64,000 nucleotides of DNA from assembly GCA_045863395.1 (NCBI GenBank), contig BTVJ01000006.1, positions 1 to 64,000 of the forward strand, in the 5' to 3' direction. A program made the translations under genes and the position numbers. Shown piece by piece: positions 8,992 to 18,514 of the stretch. The stretch is from Myxococcales bacterium. Lineage in GTDB: Bacteria > Myxococcota_A > UBA9042 > JABWCM01 > BTVJ01. The notes under the pieces were generated by a model that saw nothing but the letters and a program-made list of their open reading frames with translations, searched no databases and was not told where the DNA came from. The number at the start of each line of letters is the position of its first letter. Positions within the stretch are counted from its first letter, which is position 1.

Positions 8992-11900
8992 TCATTCGGG
9001 GCGGCGAAGACCCACCGCCGCGAGCGCCTCTTCCACGGACAGTACGTCCAGGCGCATGGTCCTGCGGTTCGGGGCGGTCAGCGCAGCGAGCCTCCGCGCG
9101 ACGTCGCTCCAGGCCGGCTGGGCGGCTCCCCGCGCCATGGCCAGCAGGCCGAGCACCTGGACGCCGAAGCCCTCGACCGGGCACGCCGCCGCCGCCTCCA
9201 CGTCCAGCGCCTCGGAGGGGGAGGGCCTGCCATCGGCCGCCAGGGCCAGCGAGCGCATCAGGAGCGGCTCCCAGCGGCGGCCCATTCCAGTCCAGATGGC
9301 GTCCGCCTCACGCGCCAGGGAGGCTGCGGCTCCGCCGGCGCCCACACGGAGGGCGACGGCCGCCTCGGTGGCGCACACCTGGGCGAGGAGATCGGGGGCG
9401 CCGATGGCTCGGGTCGCCTCCAGCAGCTCCAGGTCCACCGTGGACGTCAGGCCCTGCCTGTAGAGCGCCGTCCGGTAGAGCCACGCGCTGCGGCCCTCGA
9501 AGACCGCGTGGCGGAGCGCCGCGGCGAGCTGGCCCGCCTCAGCCGCGAGGGCCAGGGCCTCCCCGGTGCTGCCCGCCTCCAGGAGGGCGGCCGCCGCGTT
9601 GAGCAGGGCGCCGACCCGCAGCAGCGCGTCCCCGTCACCCCGCGCCGGTCCGAGCTGACAGGCCGCCGCCTCGTCGTAGCGACCCCGCCGGTAGTGGTCC
9701 ATGCCCCGCCAGAGTGCCGCCCGCAGCGCAGCGTCCGGCGTGCGCGTCTGGCGGGCCCACGCCTCCCCGTCCCGAAGGGCCGCCTCCTCGAGGTGGCGAT
9801 CACCAGCGCGGGAGGCGCGGATCCGCGCGTCCTGGCGCGCTCCCTCCAGCTCATGGTCCTCGAATGGCGGCAGGGCGTCGACGGCGCGCAGCGTGGCGTA
9901 CCCCACCTCGCGCCGCGCCCGCAGTGATACCCGGAGGAGCCCCTCCAGAGCGGCCACGCTGGGACCCGCGCAGCGGGCACGCCCCAGCTCGTAGAGCGCC
10001 CGATCCAGCGCGCGCACGCTGCCGTCCGCGAGGGCGAGGCGGGTCCAGGCGTCCAAGAGGAGCGCCTCGCCGTCCATGTCGTCGTGGGCCCTGGCGGCGG
10101 ACAGGCCCTCACCCAGGGCCGCGGCGGCGAGGCCCAGCCGGCCGGCGCTCCGGTGCGAGCGGGCGAGGGCCGCAGCCTCCTGGACGATCTCCTGGAGGCG
10201 GCCGGCGGCTACCAGGTGACGGATCCGTCCCGCGCTCCCTCGCTCAAGGGTCTGGGCCATCGCCCCATGGGCCTGCCGGAGCCTCCCTTCGGGCCAGCGC
10301 TGCCAGGACTGGGACGCGGCCGCGGTCAGAGCGATGGCCCCGTCTCCGGCGCGGATGGCCAGGCCCAGGGCCACGAGCTCCTCGAGCTCTGCCTCCACCC
10401 GCCAGCGGGGCTCGCCCATGGCGGCGGCAAGGAGGTCCGGGCGCGCCTGGGGCCAGGCGACGTGGATCCACTCCAGCAGCTCCCGGTGGTGGGAGCGAGT
10501 GGGGCTCCGGGAGTCGAGGCGCAACAGCTCGCCCTCAGTGGGGGCCACGGGGACGGGCCCCCAGGCCGGCACGAGGCGCACCCCGGAGGCCAGGCGGTCC
10601 AGGGCGGGGCGGTCCACGCGCAGGAGCTCCCCCTCCCAGGCCGCGAGCCCGGCGCGCACCCATGCGCCCACCTCGGCGGCGACCCGGGCCGGGCTCCCCC
10701 CCGTGCGCTGATGGAGCTCCTGGGCAGCGTCCTCCCGGAGATGGAGCAGGCGGTCAGGGCCATGAAACAGGGCGCGCAGGTCCCCTGCGGCGAGGGGAGG
10801 CACCGGGACCTCCCGCGCCTCCACCGTGGGGTCGGTCGTCAGCACGGGGCCACTCCGCGCTGCGCGGGCCAACGCGGCGCGGGACCACGGATCCAGGCGC
10901 TCCGCGTCGTCGGCGGCGATGACGCCGGCGACGAGGAGCCGGGCGAGGCGCTCGTCCACCAGGGCAGCCACCTCGGCCACCGACAGCGTGGACCAGGCGG
11001 CCTCTGGTGGGACGAGTGGCTCCAGGCTGGCGAAGGGCAACGCCGCAGGCGATGCCCACCACACCTGGGCCCCGCGGGCCTCCTCCTGCGCCACGACCTC
11101 GCGCAGGACCCGGGTCCGGCCGGAGCCGCCCGAGCCCGTCACGCGCACGGCCCGCCCCTGTCGTAGCAGCGCCATCGCCTGGTCGATGGCGGCGCGGGGA
11201 CCGAGCCACGGCAGCGTCAGGGAGGCTCCCTCCAGGCGCCGCCCGAACAGGGCCTCGATGACCGCGTGGGCGGTGCGGGGGCGCTGCGCGGGGTCTCGGG
11301 CGAGCAGCGCGTCCACCACCTCCGCGACGGCGGGAGGGACCTGGGGCGCCACGTGGCGAAGCGGCGGGGCGTCGCGGGCGACGCGCTCCAGCAGGAGGTC
11401 ACGAGCCGACGCCTCGGAGGCAGGGCGCCTGCCCGCCAGCGCCTCGAAGAGCATGACCCCCACCGCGTACAGGTCGGCGGTGGGGCCGACCGCCTCGCCG
11501 AGCACCTCCTCGGGGGAGACGTAGGCGGGGGTCCCGAGGACCACCCCGTCCTGCGTGATGGTGCGCCCGACGGCGGGACCCGCGGCGAGCCCGAAGTCCA
11601 GCACCACGGGGCGCCCGGTCGCCGTGACCAGGATGTTGCCCGGCTTGAGGTCGCGGTGGACGATGCCCGCGGCGTGGATGCGCGCCAGGGTCTCCAGCAG
11701 GCCGTGGGCGATGGGCGCCAGCTCGCCCCACGGAGTCTGGCCGGCGCGCCCGGGGAACGGGGTGCCCTCCACCAGCTCCATGGCGATGTAGTAGCGCTCC
11801 CCGTCCACGCCGTCGTCGAGCAGCTCCGCGACGCCCGGGATGCGGAGCAGGCGCAGGGCCGCCACCTCGCGGCGGATCCGAGCGACCGTGTAGTCGTCGA

Positions 11901-12105
11901 GGCCTCGGAGCAGCTTGACGGCCAGGTGGCGCCCGGAGAGCGCGTCGGTGGCGCGGACCACCACCCCGAAGCTCCCGGCCCCCAGGAGCTCCCCCACCAC
12001 GTAGCGCCCGCCGACGTGAGCGGGCACCGTCCCGGGTCGGGCGGCGAGGTCGGCCGCGCCGAGTGTGTCGGCGCCCAGGGTCGGCAGCGACGCGTCCTGG
12101 GTCAC
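8992..12105 (-). CDS. Ser/Thr protein kinase with degenerate AAA/P-loop and helical C-terminal region
   Basis: LGAGSFG, AVK, HRDLKPGN, DFG, GTPAYVSPE, DLYAVG; P-loop-like GSGGSGRT. Confidence 0.9.
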   Translation of the reverse strand: MTQDASLPTLGADTLGAADLAARPGTVPAHVGGRYVVGELLGAGSFGVVVRATDALSGRHLAVKLLRGLDDYTVARIRREVAALRLLRIPGVAELLDDGVDGERYYIAMELVEGTPFPGRAGQTPWGELAPIAHGLLETLARIHAAGIVHRDLKPGNILVTATGRPVVLDFGLAAGPAVGRTITQDGVVLGTPAYVSPEEVLGEAVGPTADLYAVGVMLFEALAGRRPASEASARDLLLERVARDAPPLRHVAPQVPPAVAEVVDALLARDPAQRPRTAHAVIEALFGRRLEGASLTLPWLGPRAAIDQAMALLRQGRAVRVTGSGGSGRTRVLREVVAQEEARGAQVWWASPAALPFASLEPLVPPEAAWSTLSVAEVAALVDERLARLLVAGVIAADDAERLDPWSRAALARAARSGPVLTTDPTVEAREVPVPPLAAGDLRALFHGPDRLLHLREDAAQELHQRTGGSPARVAAEVGAWVRAGLAAWEGELLRVDRPALDRLASGVRLVPAWGPVPVAPTEGELLRLDSRSPTRSHHRELLEWIHVAWPQARPDLLAAAMGEPRWRVEAELEELVALGLAIRAGDGAIALTAAASQSWQRWPEGRLRQAHGAMAQTLERGSAGRIRHLVAAGRLQEIVQEAAALARSHRSAGRLGLAAAALGEGLSAARAHDDMDGEALLLDAWTRLALADGSVRALDRALYELGRARCAGPSVAALEGLLRVSLRARREVGYATLRAVDALPPFEDHELEGARQDARIRASRAGDRHLEEAALRDGEAWARQTRTPDAALRAALWRGMDHYRRGRYDEAAACQLGPARGDGDALLRVGALLNAAAALLEAGSTGEALALAAEAGQLAAALRHAVFEGRSAWLYRTALYRQGLTSTVDLELLEATRAIGAPDLLAQVCATEAAVALRVGAGGAAASLAREADAIWTGMGRRWEPLLMRSLALAADGRPSPSEALDVEAAAACPVEGFGVQVLGLLAMARGAAQPAWSDVARRLAALTAPNRRTMRLDVLSVEEALAAVGLRRPE

Positions 12106-12120
12106 ACCGGCCTCCCCGGG

Positions 12121-12837
12121 TCAGAGGGCGATGGTGGTCGGGTCCGGGTTCACGAGGCTGTTCACGGCGAGGACGCTGAACACTGAGTCGTGGGCCCAGG
12201 TCTTCGTCTGGATGTACGCCAGCGCCTCGGGGAGGCTCGTCACATCGCTGTTGCCGTCGTATGGGACGGTCTCGAAGCCGCTGCTCGTGGCCGTGAGGCG
12301 GATGGTGGGGTCGATGAGGAACCAGTACTCCGTGGACACGGGAGACCCGCCTGACCTCCGCGTGAAGACGTAACCCGGGGCCGAGTCCGCCTCCGTCGAC
12401 GACCCTGGAGCTCTCAGGAACACGAACCCTTGCTCGAGCTGCGATCCCGCTCGGACGTCACGAAGGTCGAACGTGGGGAGCGCTGGAACCTGGATGTCCT
12501 GCACCCGCTGCGGCAGGGTGTGGGTCGACAGCTCCGCCGCCTTCACATAGGTGAAGTCGAGCGCGGCGTGCCGCAGGGCGGGACTGTATGGGTGAGCCCC
12601 GTGATGGCTGGAGTGTGGCGCGGCCCGCATCCGGTCCGTCCAGTCCTGAAGCGACCACGTCCCTTCGGAGACCGGCGTCCACGCGACGGTGGGCCCGGCA
12701 GGCGGCCCGCTGTAGGGGCTGTGCAGGATGTAGCGGTGGGTCCCGTCATTTCCGGCGCCAAGCCCAAAGCCGCGCACCTCGCCTCCCTGAACGAGCTGCA
12801 AGAACACGCGTCCGATGGGTCCGACTGGCTGAGTCAT
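12121..12837 (-). CDS. Hypothetical protein (238 aa) immediately upstream of the kinase
   Basis: ORF with GGGAGG RBS and protein-like composition; ends 15 bp before the kinase start. Confidence 0.7.
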   Translation of the reverse strand: MTQPVGPIGRVFLQLVQGGEVRGFGLGAGNDGTHRYILHSPYSGPPAGPTVAWTPVSEGTWSLQDWTDRMRAAPHSSHHGAHPYSPALRHAALDFTYVKAAELSTHTLPQRVQDIQVPALPTFDLRDVRAGSQLEQGFVFLRAPGSSTEADSAPGYVFTRRSGGSPVSTEYWFLIDPTIRLTATSSGFETVPYDGNSDVTSLPEALAYIQTKTWAHDSVFSVLAVNSLVNPDPTTIAL

Positions 12838-12929
12838 GACTGTCCTCCCGTGTGGGTATCATTGAGCCGCAAGCGAGCGTAGCGCACAGTCCGCCTGCCG
12901 ACAATCGCCTTTTCACGCCCCGTTGCGCC

Positions 12930-15911
12930 TCATGGCCATGTCACGAGGGTCGGCTCCGCGAGGATGACGCCGGGTCCCAGCTCGTCGCTGCCCCAGCACA
13001 GGGCGTCACCGCCTCGAAGGCCGCAGGCGGCGAAGGCTCCCACGGAGACGCTGGTCCAGTCTGATGCTGCGCCGACGCGGGTGGGTCGGCCCAGCGGGAC
13101 GTCCACGGACGAGGGCTGCCCCAGGGCGGCGCCCTGGCCCACGTCCCCCCAGCAATAGAGCGCGCCGTGCCGGACTCCGCACGACCAGAGATCGACGGAG
13201 GTGGACTGCCACCCGCCTGGCGGCATGACGGGGGCCGGCGGCTGGGTCGGTGGGCTCGCCCAGGGAGTTCCCAAGACGCCGTGCTGGCCGCTGCCCCAGC
13301 AGGTCAGCTCCCCGTCGCGGATCGCGCAGGTGTGGTCGGCACCCGCGGACACGGCGCTCCATCCGGCGCCCGTGCCGAGCGGTACCGGGACTTGGCTCGT
13401 CGCCATGGCCACGTTGTCGCTCCAGAACTGCCCCCAGCAGTGCAGCGAGCCGGAGCGGATTGCGCAGGCGTGAGTGTGACCCACGGTGAGTCCCGACCAT
13501 CCGGACTCGTCCCCCATGGGTACAGGGATCTGGGCGTACCCGGCTCCCCACCCGCCGGCACCCGCGTCCACGTGGGCGCCCCAGCAGTAGAGTTCGCCCG
13601 CGCGAATGCCGCAGGCGGTCGCGTCCCACGCAGCCGCGGCCACCTCGGTCCAGCCGGTCTCCTCGGAGATCTGAGTGGGCGTGAGGCTCTGAAGCTCGAC
13701 TCCGACAGGCAGACCCGAGTCTGGCACGCTCATGTCTCCCCAGCAATACAGCCTGCCGGCGCGGACTCCACAGGTGAACCGGTTGCTGGTGGCTATCGCC
13801 TCCCAGTCAGTCTCATCACCGACCCGCAGCGGGAGGGCGCCGCCGCCCTCCGTGCCCAGCTCCCCGTTCTCGTTCCGGCCCCAGCAGTAGAGGGCGCCGT
13901 CTCGAATCCCGCACGCGTGCAGCATCCGATGTGACACGGCGGTCCATCCACCTGGAGTGCCCACGAGCGACGGTGTGCTCGCGTCCAGCGCGTACCCGAA
14001 GGGCCCCGCGCCGGGTCTCCCCCAGCAGTGGAGCGCGCCGCCCCGGACGCCGCACGAGAGCTGGTGGGACGCCGAGATGGCCTGCCAGTCGGACCCGTCG
14101 CCGATACGCACGGGCGCTGCGAGGGTCCTCGCGACGGAGGGGCCGCACTGGCGGAAGGTGTTGTCTCCAAAGCACCACAGCTCGCCCTCGCGGAGGGCGC
14201 ACCCGTGTCTGTTCGAGAGCGCGACGTCGGACCAGCCCAGAAGGTCGCCGACCTGAGCGGGCGCGGTGCCCTCGCTCCAGCACGAGTCAGTCCCGGAGCC
14301 GAGCGGGCAGCCCCAGCAGATGAGCCTCCCGGCGCGGACTCCGCAGGTGCGCCCGTGCGACGCAGAGACGCTCTGCCAGTCGGCGCCGTCGCCGATTCGG
14401 ACCGGCTGGGTGCGCTTGACCTTCGTCCCGTCGCCGAGCTGTCCGTGGGTGTTGTCGCCCCAGCAGTAGAGCTCGCCCGCGCGGATGCCGCAGGTGTGCC
14501 TGAACCCCGCCGAGACCGAGACCCAGTCGGTGAGTGAGCCAACCTGAGCTGGGACTGTCGCACCACTGGCTGGAGAGCCCAACTGCCCCGACAGCCCGGA
14601 GCCCCAGCAATACAGCGCGCCAGCGTCGATTCCGCAGGTGTGGTGGTCGCCCGCCGCGATGCCCTGCCACGTCTGGCTCGTGCCAACCTGGGTCACGCCC
14701 GCCTTGAACCCACCGGCGGTCACGCCCAGCTTCCCGTCCACGTCGTGGCCCCAGCAGTAGAGTCGACCCTGGCGGACTCCGCACGTGTGGTCCTCTCCCG
14801 TCGCCACATGCGTCCAGCCGGTCTCTTTGCCGACCCGCATGGGCTCGTACCGGCTCGTGGAGGCCACTCCGAGCTGACCGGTCCCGTTGAGGCCCCAGCA
14901 GTGGAGAGTGCCGGCAGCCGTGATCACGCACCCGTGGGAGTGTCTGGCCGCCACGTCCACGATGGGCGAGCAGAGTGCGGCGGCTCCGAAGACGTCGGCG
15001 GTGCCAGGTGGGCAGACGCAGCCCCCAGCGGAGCACTCTGGCGTCACGGTCTCTCCGCAGGCGCCACCGCAGCCCGTGCTGGCGCAAGACTCCTGGCAGG
15101 TCAGCGGGTCGGCGGACAGTCTCTCCACCAAGGCGGCCAGCAGCGCCTTGGGCGTCGTCGTGCCGGGGGTGAGCTGGGCGAACAGCGCCGAGGAGCCGAC
15201 GGTGGAGGCGTGGCCCGGTATGTGGAGGCCCACCATCAGCGCCTCACCGCCAGCGACCAGCAGCGCCTCGGCGCCCGTGAGAGGTGCGAGGCGGTCCCAG
15301 GGGCGTGATGCGGTGGCGGGCGATGGCGGCAGCAGCGTCTCTCCTGTGAGCGGTCCCGGGAGCGTCACTGCGAGGGAGGTGAGCGCCGGCCCCCCTTTGG
15401 CCGTGGCGCGAATGCCGAACGCCAGCCCCAGACCCGTCGGGGAGCCCCACCAGGCGTCGGCGCCCTCCAGGTAGAGGCGGCCTCCTGAGGAAACGTAGGT
15501 GGCGAGCGAGGCCTTCTCCTGCGCCGAGGGCGTGTAGGTGGCGGGCGGGGCCCCCAGGGACCCGAATACGCCGGCGAACGCCCAGAGGTCGGCGCCATCG
15601 AGGCTCGTCACGAGCTGCGCCTCGGCGCCCAGCTCCGCAAGGGCGGCCCGGATCGCCTCCCCTGCACCAGGAGTGGCTCCCACGGGGGCCCACACGAGCC
15701 ATGGCTTCGTGGCCCCGAGAGGTGCGTCGCTCTCAACAGGTGCTTCGCAGGCGCTGCCCGCCCCGCACCCTTCCGCCGTGCCCATGGCGGCAGCCGCGAG
15801 CCCGAGGTCCGGCGCCCCCTCTCCCTTCGGCCCCTCTGGCGCACACCCCGCCCACATCACGACCGCCGCAAGTGCCGCACACAACGTCCGCTCGAAAAGG
15901 TTCCCCTTCAT
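12930..15911 (-). CDS. RCC1/BLIP-II repeat lipoprotein (14 repeats) with an extra N-terminal alpha/beta domain
   Basis: Start MKGNLF after GAGGAGG; lipobox WAGC; 14 HxCG...LxCWG repeats. Confidence 0.88.
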   Translation of the reverse strand: MKGNLFERTLCAALAAVVMWAGCAPEGPKGEGAPDLGLAAAAMGTAEGCGAGSACEAPVESDAPLGATKPWLVWAPVGATPGAGEAIRAALAELGAEAQLVTSLDGADLWAFAGVFGSLGAPPATYTPSAQEKASLATYVSSGGRLYLEGADAWWGSPTGLGLAFGIRATAKGGPALTSLAVTLPGPLTGETLLPPSPATASRPWDRLAPLTGAEALLVAGGEALMVGLHIPGHASTVGSSALFAQLTPGTTTPKALLAALVERLSADPLTCQESCASTGCGGACGETVTPECSAGGCVCPPGTADVFGAAALCSPIVDVAARHSHGCVITAAGTLHCWGLNGTGQLGVASTSRYEPMRVGKETGWTHVATGEDHTCGVRQGRLYCWGHDVDGKLGVTAGGFKAGVTQVGTSQTWQGIAAGDHHTCGIDAGALYCWGSGLSGQLGSPASGATVPAQVGSLTDWVSVSAGFRHTCGIRAGELYCWGDNTHGQLGDGTKVKRTQPVRIGDGADWQSVSASHGRTCGVRAGRLICWGCPLGSGTDSCWSEGTAPAQVGDLLGWSDVALSNRHGCALREGELWCFGDNTFRQCGPSVARTLAAPVRIGDGSDWQAISASHQLSCGVRGGALHCWGRPGAGPFGYALDASTPSLVGTPGGWTAVSHRMLHACGIRDGALYCWGRNENGELGTEGGGALPLRVGDETDWEAIATSNRFTCGVRAGRLYCWGDMSVPDSGLPVGVELQSLTPTQISEETGWTEVAAAAWDATACGIRAGELYCWGAHVDAGAGGWGAGYAQIPVPMGDESGWSGLTVGHTHACAIRSGSLHCWGQFWSDNVAMATSQVPVPLGTGAGWSAVSAGADHTCAIRDGELTCWGSGQHGVLGTPWASPPTQPPAPVMPPGGWQSTSVDLWSCGVRHGALYCWGDVGQGAALGQPSSVDVPLGRPTRVGAASDWTSVSVGAFAACGLRGGDALCWGSDELGPGVILAEPTLVTWP

Positions 15912-16144
15912 GGACTCGTCCTCCTCCCCGCGGTCTGCGGGCGCTGCTCCTCTCGGGTGCGTGGCTCCCCAATCCAACCGAGCGTTGGGCTGCCATCGGG
16001 GCGAGCACCTCCCGTGAAGGTGCGTTCATCGGAGAAGTGTGGACTTTATGTTGCCTTGATGCACCCACCAAACGCCCGGCGTCGCGGGCGGAGGTTACAC
16101 CGCGCCGCAGCGGACGCCGTGAGGTCCCGGGGCGTCGCAGTGCG

Positions 16145-18502
16145 TCATGGCCAGGGCACGGGCGTCGGATGGACGAGCACCGTGCAGGCGATGTGCTCCG
16201 ATCCCATGCAGTAGAGCTCACCGGCGCGAATGGCGCAGGTGTTCTCCGGGCTCACTGCGACGTGGCTCCAGTCGGACTCGGGGTCCACCTGAACTGGCCG
16301 CCCATACCACGCATACAGCCACTTGTCGGGCGGCCACGGCTGATAGACCGGATACGTTTCGCCCCAGCAGACCAGGGCCCCGGCGCGAATGCCGCACGTG
16401 TGAACGTCGGTGGAGACTGTCTCCCAGAGCCCAGAGGGAATCACCGGGATGGTAGGTGTAGCGATGATGCCCGCTCCAGGGATACCGAGGGCACCGTACC
16501 CGTTCCAACCCCAGCAGTAGAGCGCTGTCCCGCGAGTCCCGCAGGTCTGTAGGTAGCCGGCGTCGACGTCCACCCAGTCCGTGTCGTTTGTGACCGCCTG
16601 GGGTGTAGAGGTCGCCCCCCAGGCGGAGAGGGGGAGCTGTCCCCAGCAGTGCGCGGTGCCCGACAGGACTCCACAGGCGTGCTCGAAGCCCACGGAGGGT
16701 GAGCTCCAGCCCACCGAGGTGCCGACACGCAGAGGCGTCGCGCTGCCGTCGATCTCGTTCGTTGGGATCCCCAAGAGACCGTGCGTATTGGAGCCCCAGC
16801 AATACAGCTCTCCGTCGCGGATGCCGCAGGCGGTCGTGGGTCCGTTCCCGGCCGAGACTGTTGACCATCCAGGCGACCCGTCAACGAGCGTCGGGGTGGG
16901 GCTATGGAACATCGATGTCGTGACCTTCATTGGGAGCCCGAACTTGTCAATGGTCCCCCAGCAGTACAGGTAGCCCGCGCGGATCCCGCACGAGAAGGTG
17001 ATGCCCGTGGTGATCGCCTCCCAGTCGTCGTCGTCGCCGATGCGCATCGGGTACGCACCCTCGCCCTCGACGCCAAGCTGTCCCCACCAGTTGAGCCCCC
17101 AGCACCATGCGCCGCCGTCGCGGATCCCGCAGGCGTGGTCGACGTTCACTGACACCGCGGACCACCCGTTGCTCGTGTCGATGCGAAAGAACGTGCGCTT
17201 GTCCTCCTGGCTGTAACCCAAGGGGCCGGACTCGAGTCTGCCCCAGCAGTGGAGCCGGCCCTCCCGCGTGGCGCAGGCATATAGGCCGCCTGCGGCCACA
17301 CGCTCCCAGCCCACCGCGTCGTCTACCCGGGTCGGACCCTGGATGGTGCCCAGTATCGACGGCCCGCTCTGGCGGAAGTAGTTGCTGCCCCAGCACCAGA
17401 GCTCGCTGTCGCGAAGGCCGCACGCCTGCCCCGAACGGAGCGCGACGGTGGACCAGCCACCGCTCGGTCCGACGGGAACGGGTAGGTTTGACTTCTTCGC
17501 GCCCGAGCCCAATGGGACTCCGATCAGGGAGCCCCAGCAGTACAGGTCGCCCGAACGGACCCCGCAGGACGTGTTCATCCCCAAGGCGACTGCCCCCCAG
17601 TCCGCAAGGCTCCCCACCTGGGTCGGGGTCGCGCGCTGGGTCGTAGTACCGTCCCCGAGCTGACCATGCTCATTGCTTCCCCAGCAGTAGAGGTGGCCCG
17701 CACGAATGCCACAGGAGTGGCCCGAGGCCACTGCGACCGCGTCCCAGTCCGAGTCCAGCCCGACCTGGGTCGAGACAAATGTCTCCGGTGCCACGTCCCC
17801 CTGCGCGGGCCAGCCGGTGCCAGTCCAGCAGTGGAGGGCGCCGGCCAGGATCCCGCATGTCTTGTTCGACTGCGTAGAGACAGCCTGCCACTGGTCGCCC
17901 GTGCCGGCCTGTGCGGGCTTGAGCACGTCCCGCTTGGCATCCGGTTCGTTGTAATTGACCCACCTGTAGCCCCAGCAGTACAGCCGCCCGGCGCGGATCC
18001 CGCATGTGTGGGTGTACCCCACGGCGACGTGCGTCCACCCGACGTCCTTCCCGACACGGACTGGGTGGTACCGGTCCGTCCTGGACCCCACGCCGAGCTG
18101 ACCGTGGGTGTTCTTCCCCCAGCAGTGGAGCGTCCCCATGGCCGTGATCGCGCAGCCGTGGGCCTCATTGAGCGCCACCTCGACGATGGGGGAGCAGAGC
18201 TTCGCGTCACCGTTGATATCCGCGGTGCCCGCCGGACACGCGCAGCCCTTGTGCGTGCAGAGGGGATCGACGCACCCTCGGCAGTACCCCCCGCAGCCGT
18301 CGGGGCCACACTGGCCGTGGCAGGAGGGCACGCACGCTCCCGGGGAGCCCTCCGCGCGGGCCATCTGCGGCGCGATGATCGCGCCGCCTGTCACGAGCGC
18401 CACGGCCAGAGCTGCCACAGTGCCGGCGCGCCTGCAGCCGGCATTGACATCACCCCCGAGGGCATGGCGCCGTCGCTTCTCACTGATTGTGGTCTCGCGC
18501 AT
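16145..18502 (-). CDS. Secreted RCC1/BLIP-II repeat protein (14 repeats)
   Basis: Signal peptide ending ARA; CGPDGCGGYC Cys-rich linker; 14 CWG-type repeats; GGAGGAG RBS. Confidence 0.88.
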   Translation of the reverse strand: MRETTISEKRRRHALGGDVNAGCRRAGTVAALAVALVTGGAIIAPQMARAEGSPGACVPSCHGQCGPDGCGGYCRGCVDPLCTHKGCACPAGTADINGDAKLCSPIVEVALNEAHGCAITAMGTLHCWGKNTHGQLGVGSRTDRYHPVRVGKDVGWTHVAVGYTHTCGIRAGRLYCWGYRWVNYNEPDAKRDVLKPAQAGTGDQWQAVSTQSNKTCGILAGALHCWTGTGWPAQGDVAPETFVSTQVGLDSDWDAVAVASGHSCGIRAGHLYCWGSNEHGQLGDGTTTQRATPTQVGSLADWGAVALGMNTSCGVRSGDLYCWGSLIGVPLGSGAKKSNLPVPVGPSGGWSTVALRSGQACGLRDSELWCWGSNYFRQSGPSILGTIQGPTRVDDAVGWERVAAGGLYACATREGRLHCWGRLESGPLGYSQEDKRTFFRIDTSNGWSAVSVNVDHACGIRDGGAWCWGLNWWGQLGVEGEGAYPMRIGDDDDWEAITTGITFSCGIRAGYLYCWGTIDKFGLPMKVTTSMFHSPTPTLVDGSPGWSTVSAGNGPTTACGIRDGELYCWGSNTHGLLGIPTNEIDGSATPLRVGTSVGWSSPSVGFEHACGVLSGTAHCWGQLPLSAWGATSTPQAVTNDTDWVDVDAGYLQTCGTRGTALYCWGWNGYGALGIPGAGIIATPTIPVIPSGLWETVSTDVHTCGIRAGALVCWGETYPVYQPWPPDKWLYAWYGRPVQVDPESDWSHVAVSPENTCAIRAGELYCMGSEHIACTVLVHPTPVPWP

Positions 18503-18514
18503 GGCTCTCCTCCG

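Noticed and set aside
5705..9184. 1159-aa minus-strand ORF, and similar long ORFs at 17666-20224, 23720-26713, 49872-53978 and 60615-62912
   Set aside because: They lie antisense to well-supported genes and are R/A/G/P-rich without motifs; typical stop-poor shadow frames in high-GC DNA.
12930..18502. Diversity-generating retroelement behind the RCC1 loop variation
   Set aside because: No reverse transcriptase and no near-identical template/variable repeat pair differing only at adenines was seen; the paralogs differ throughout.
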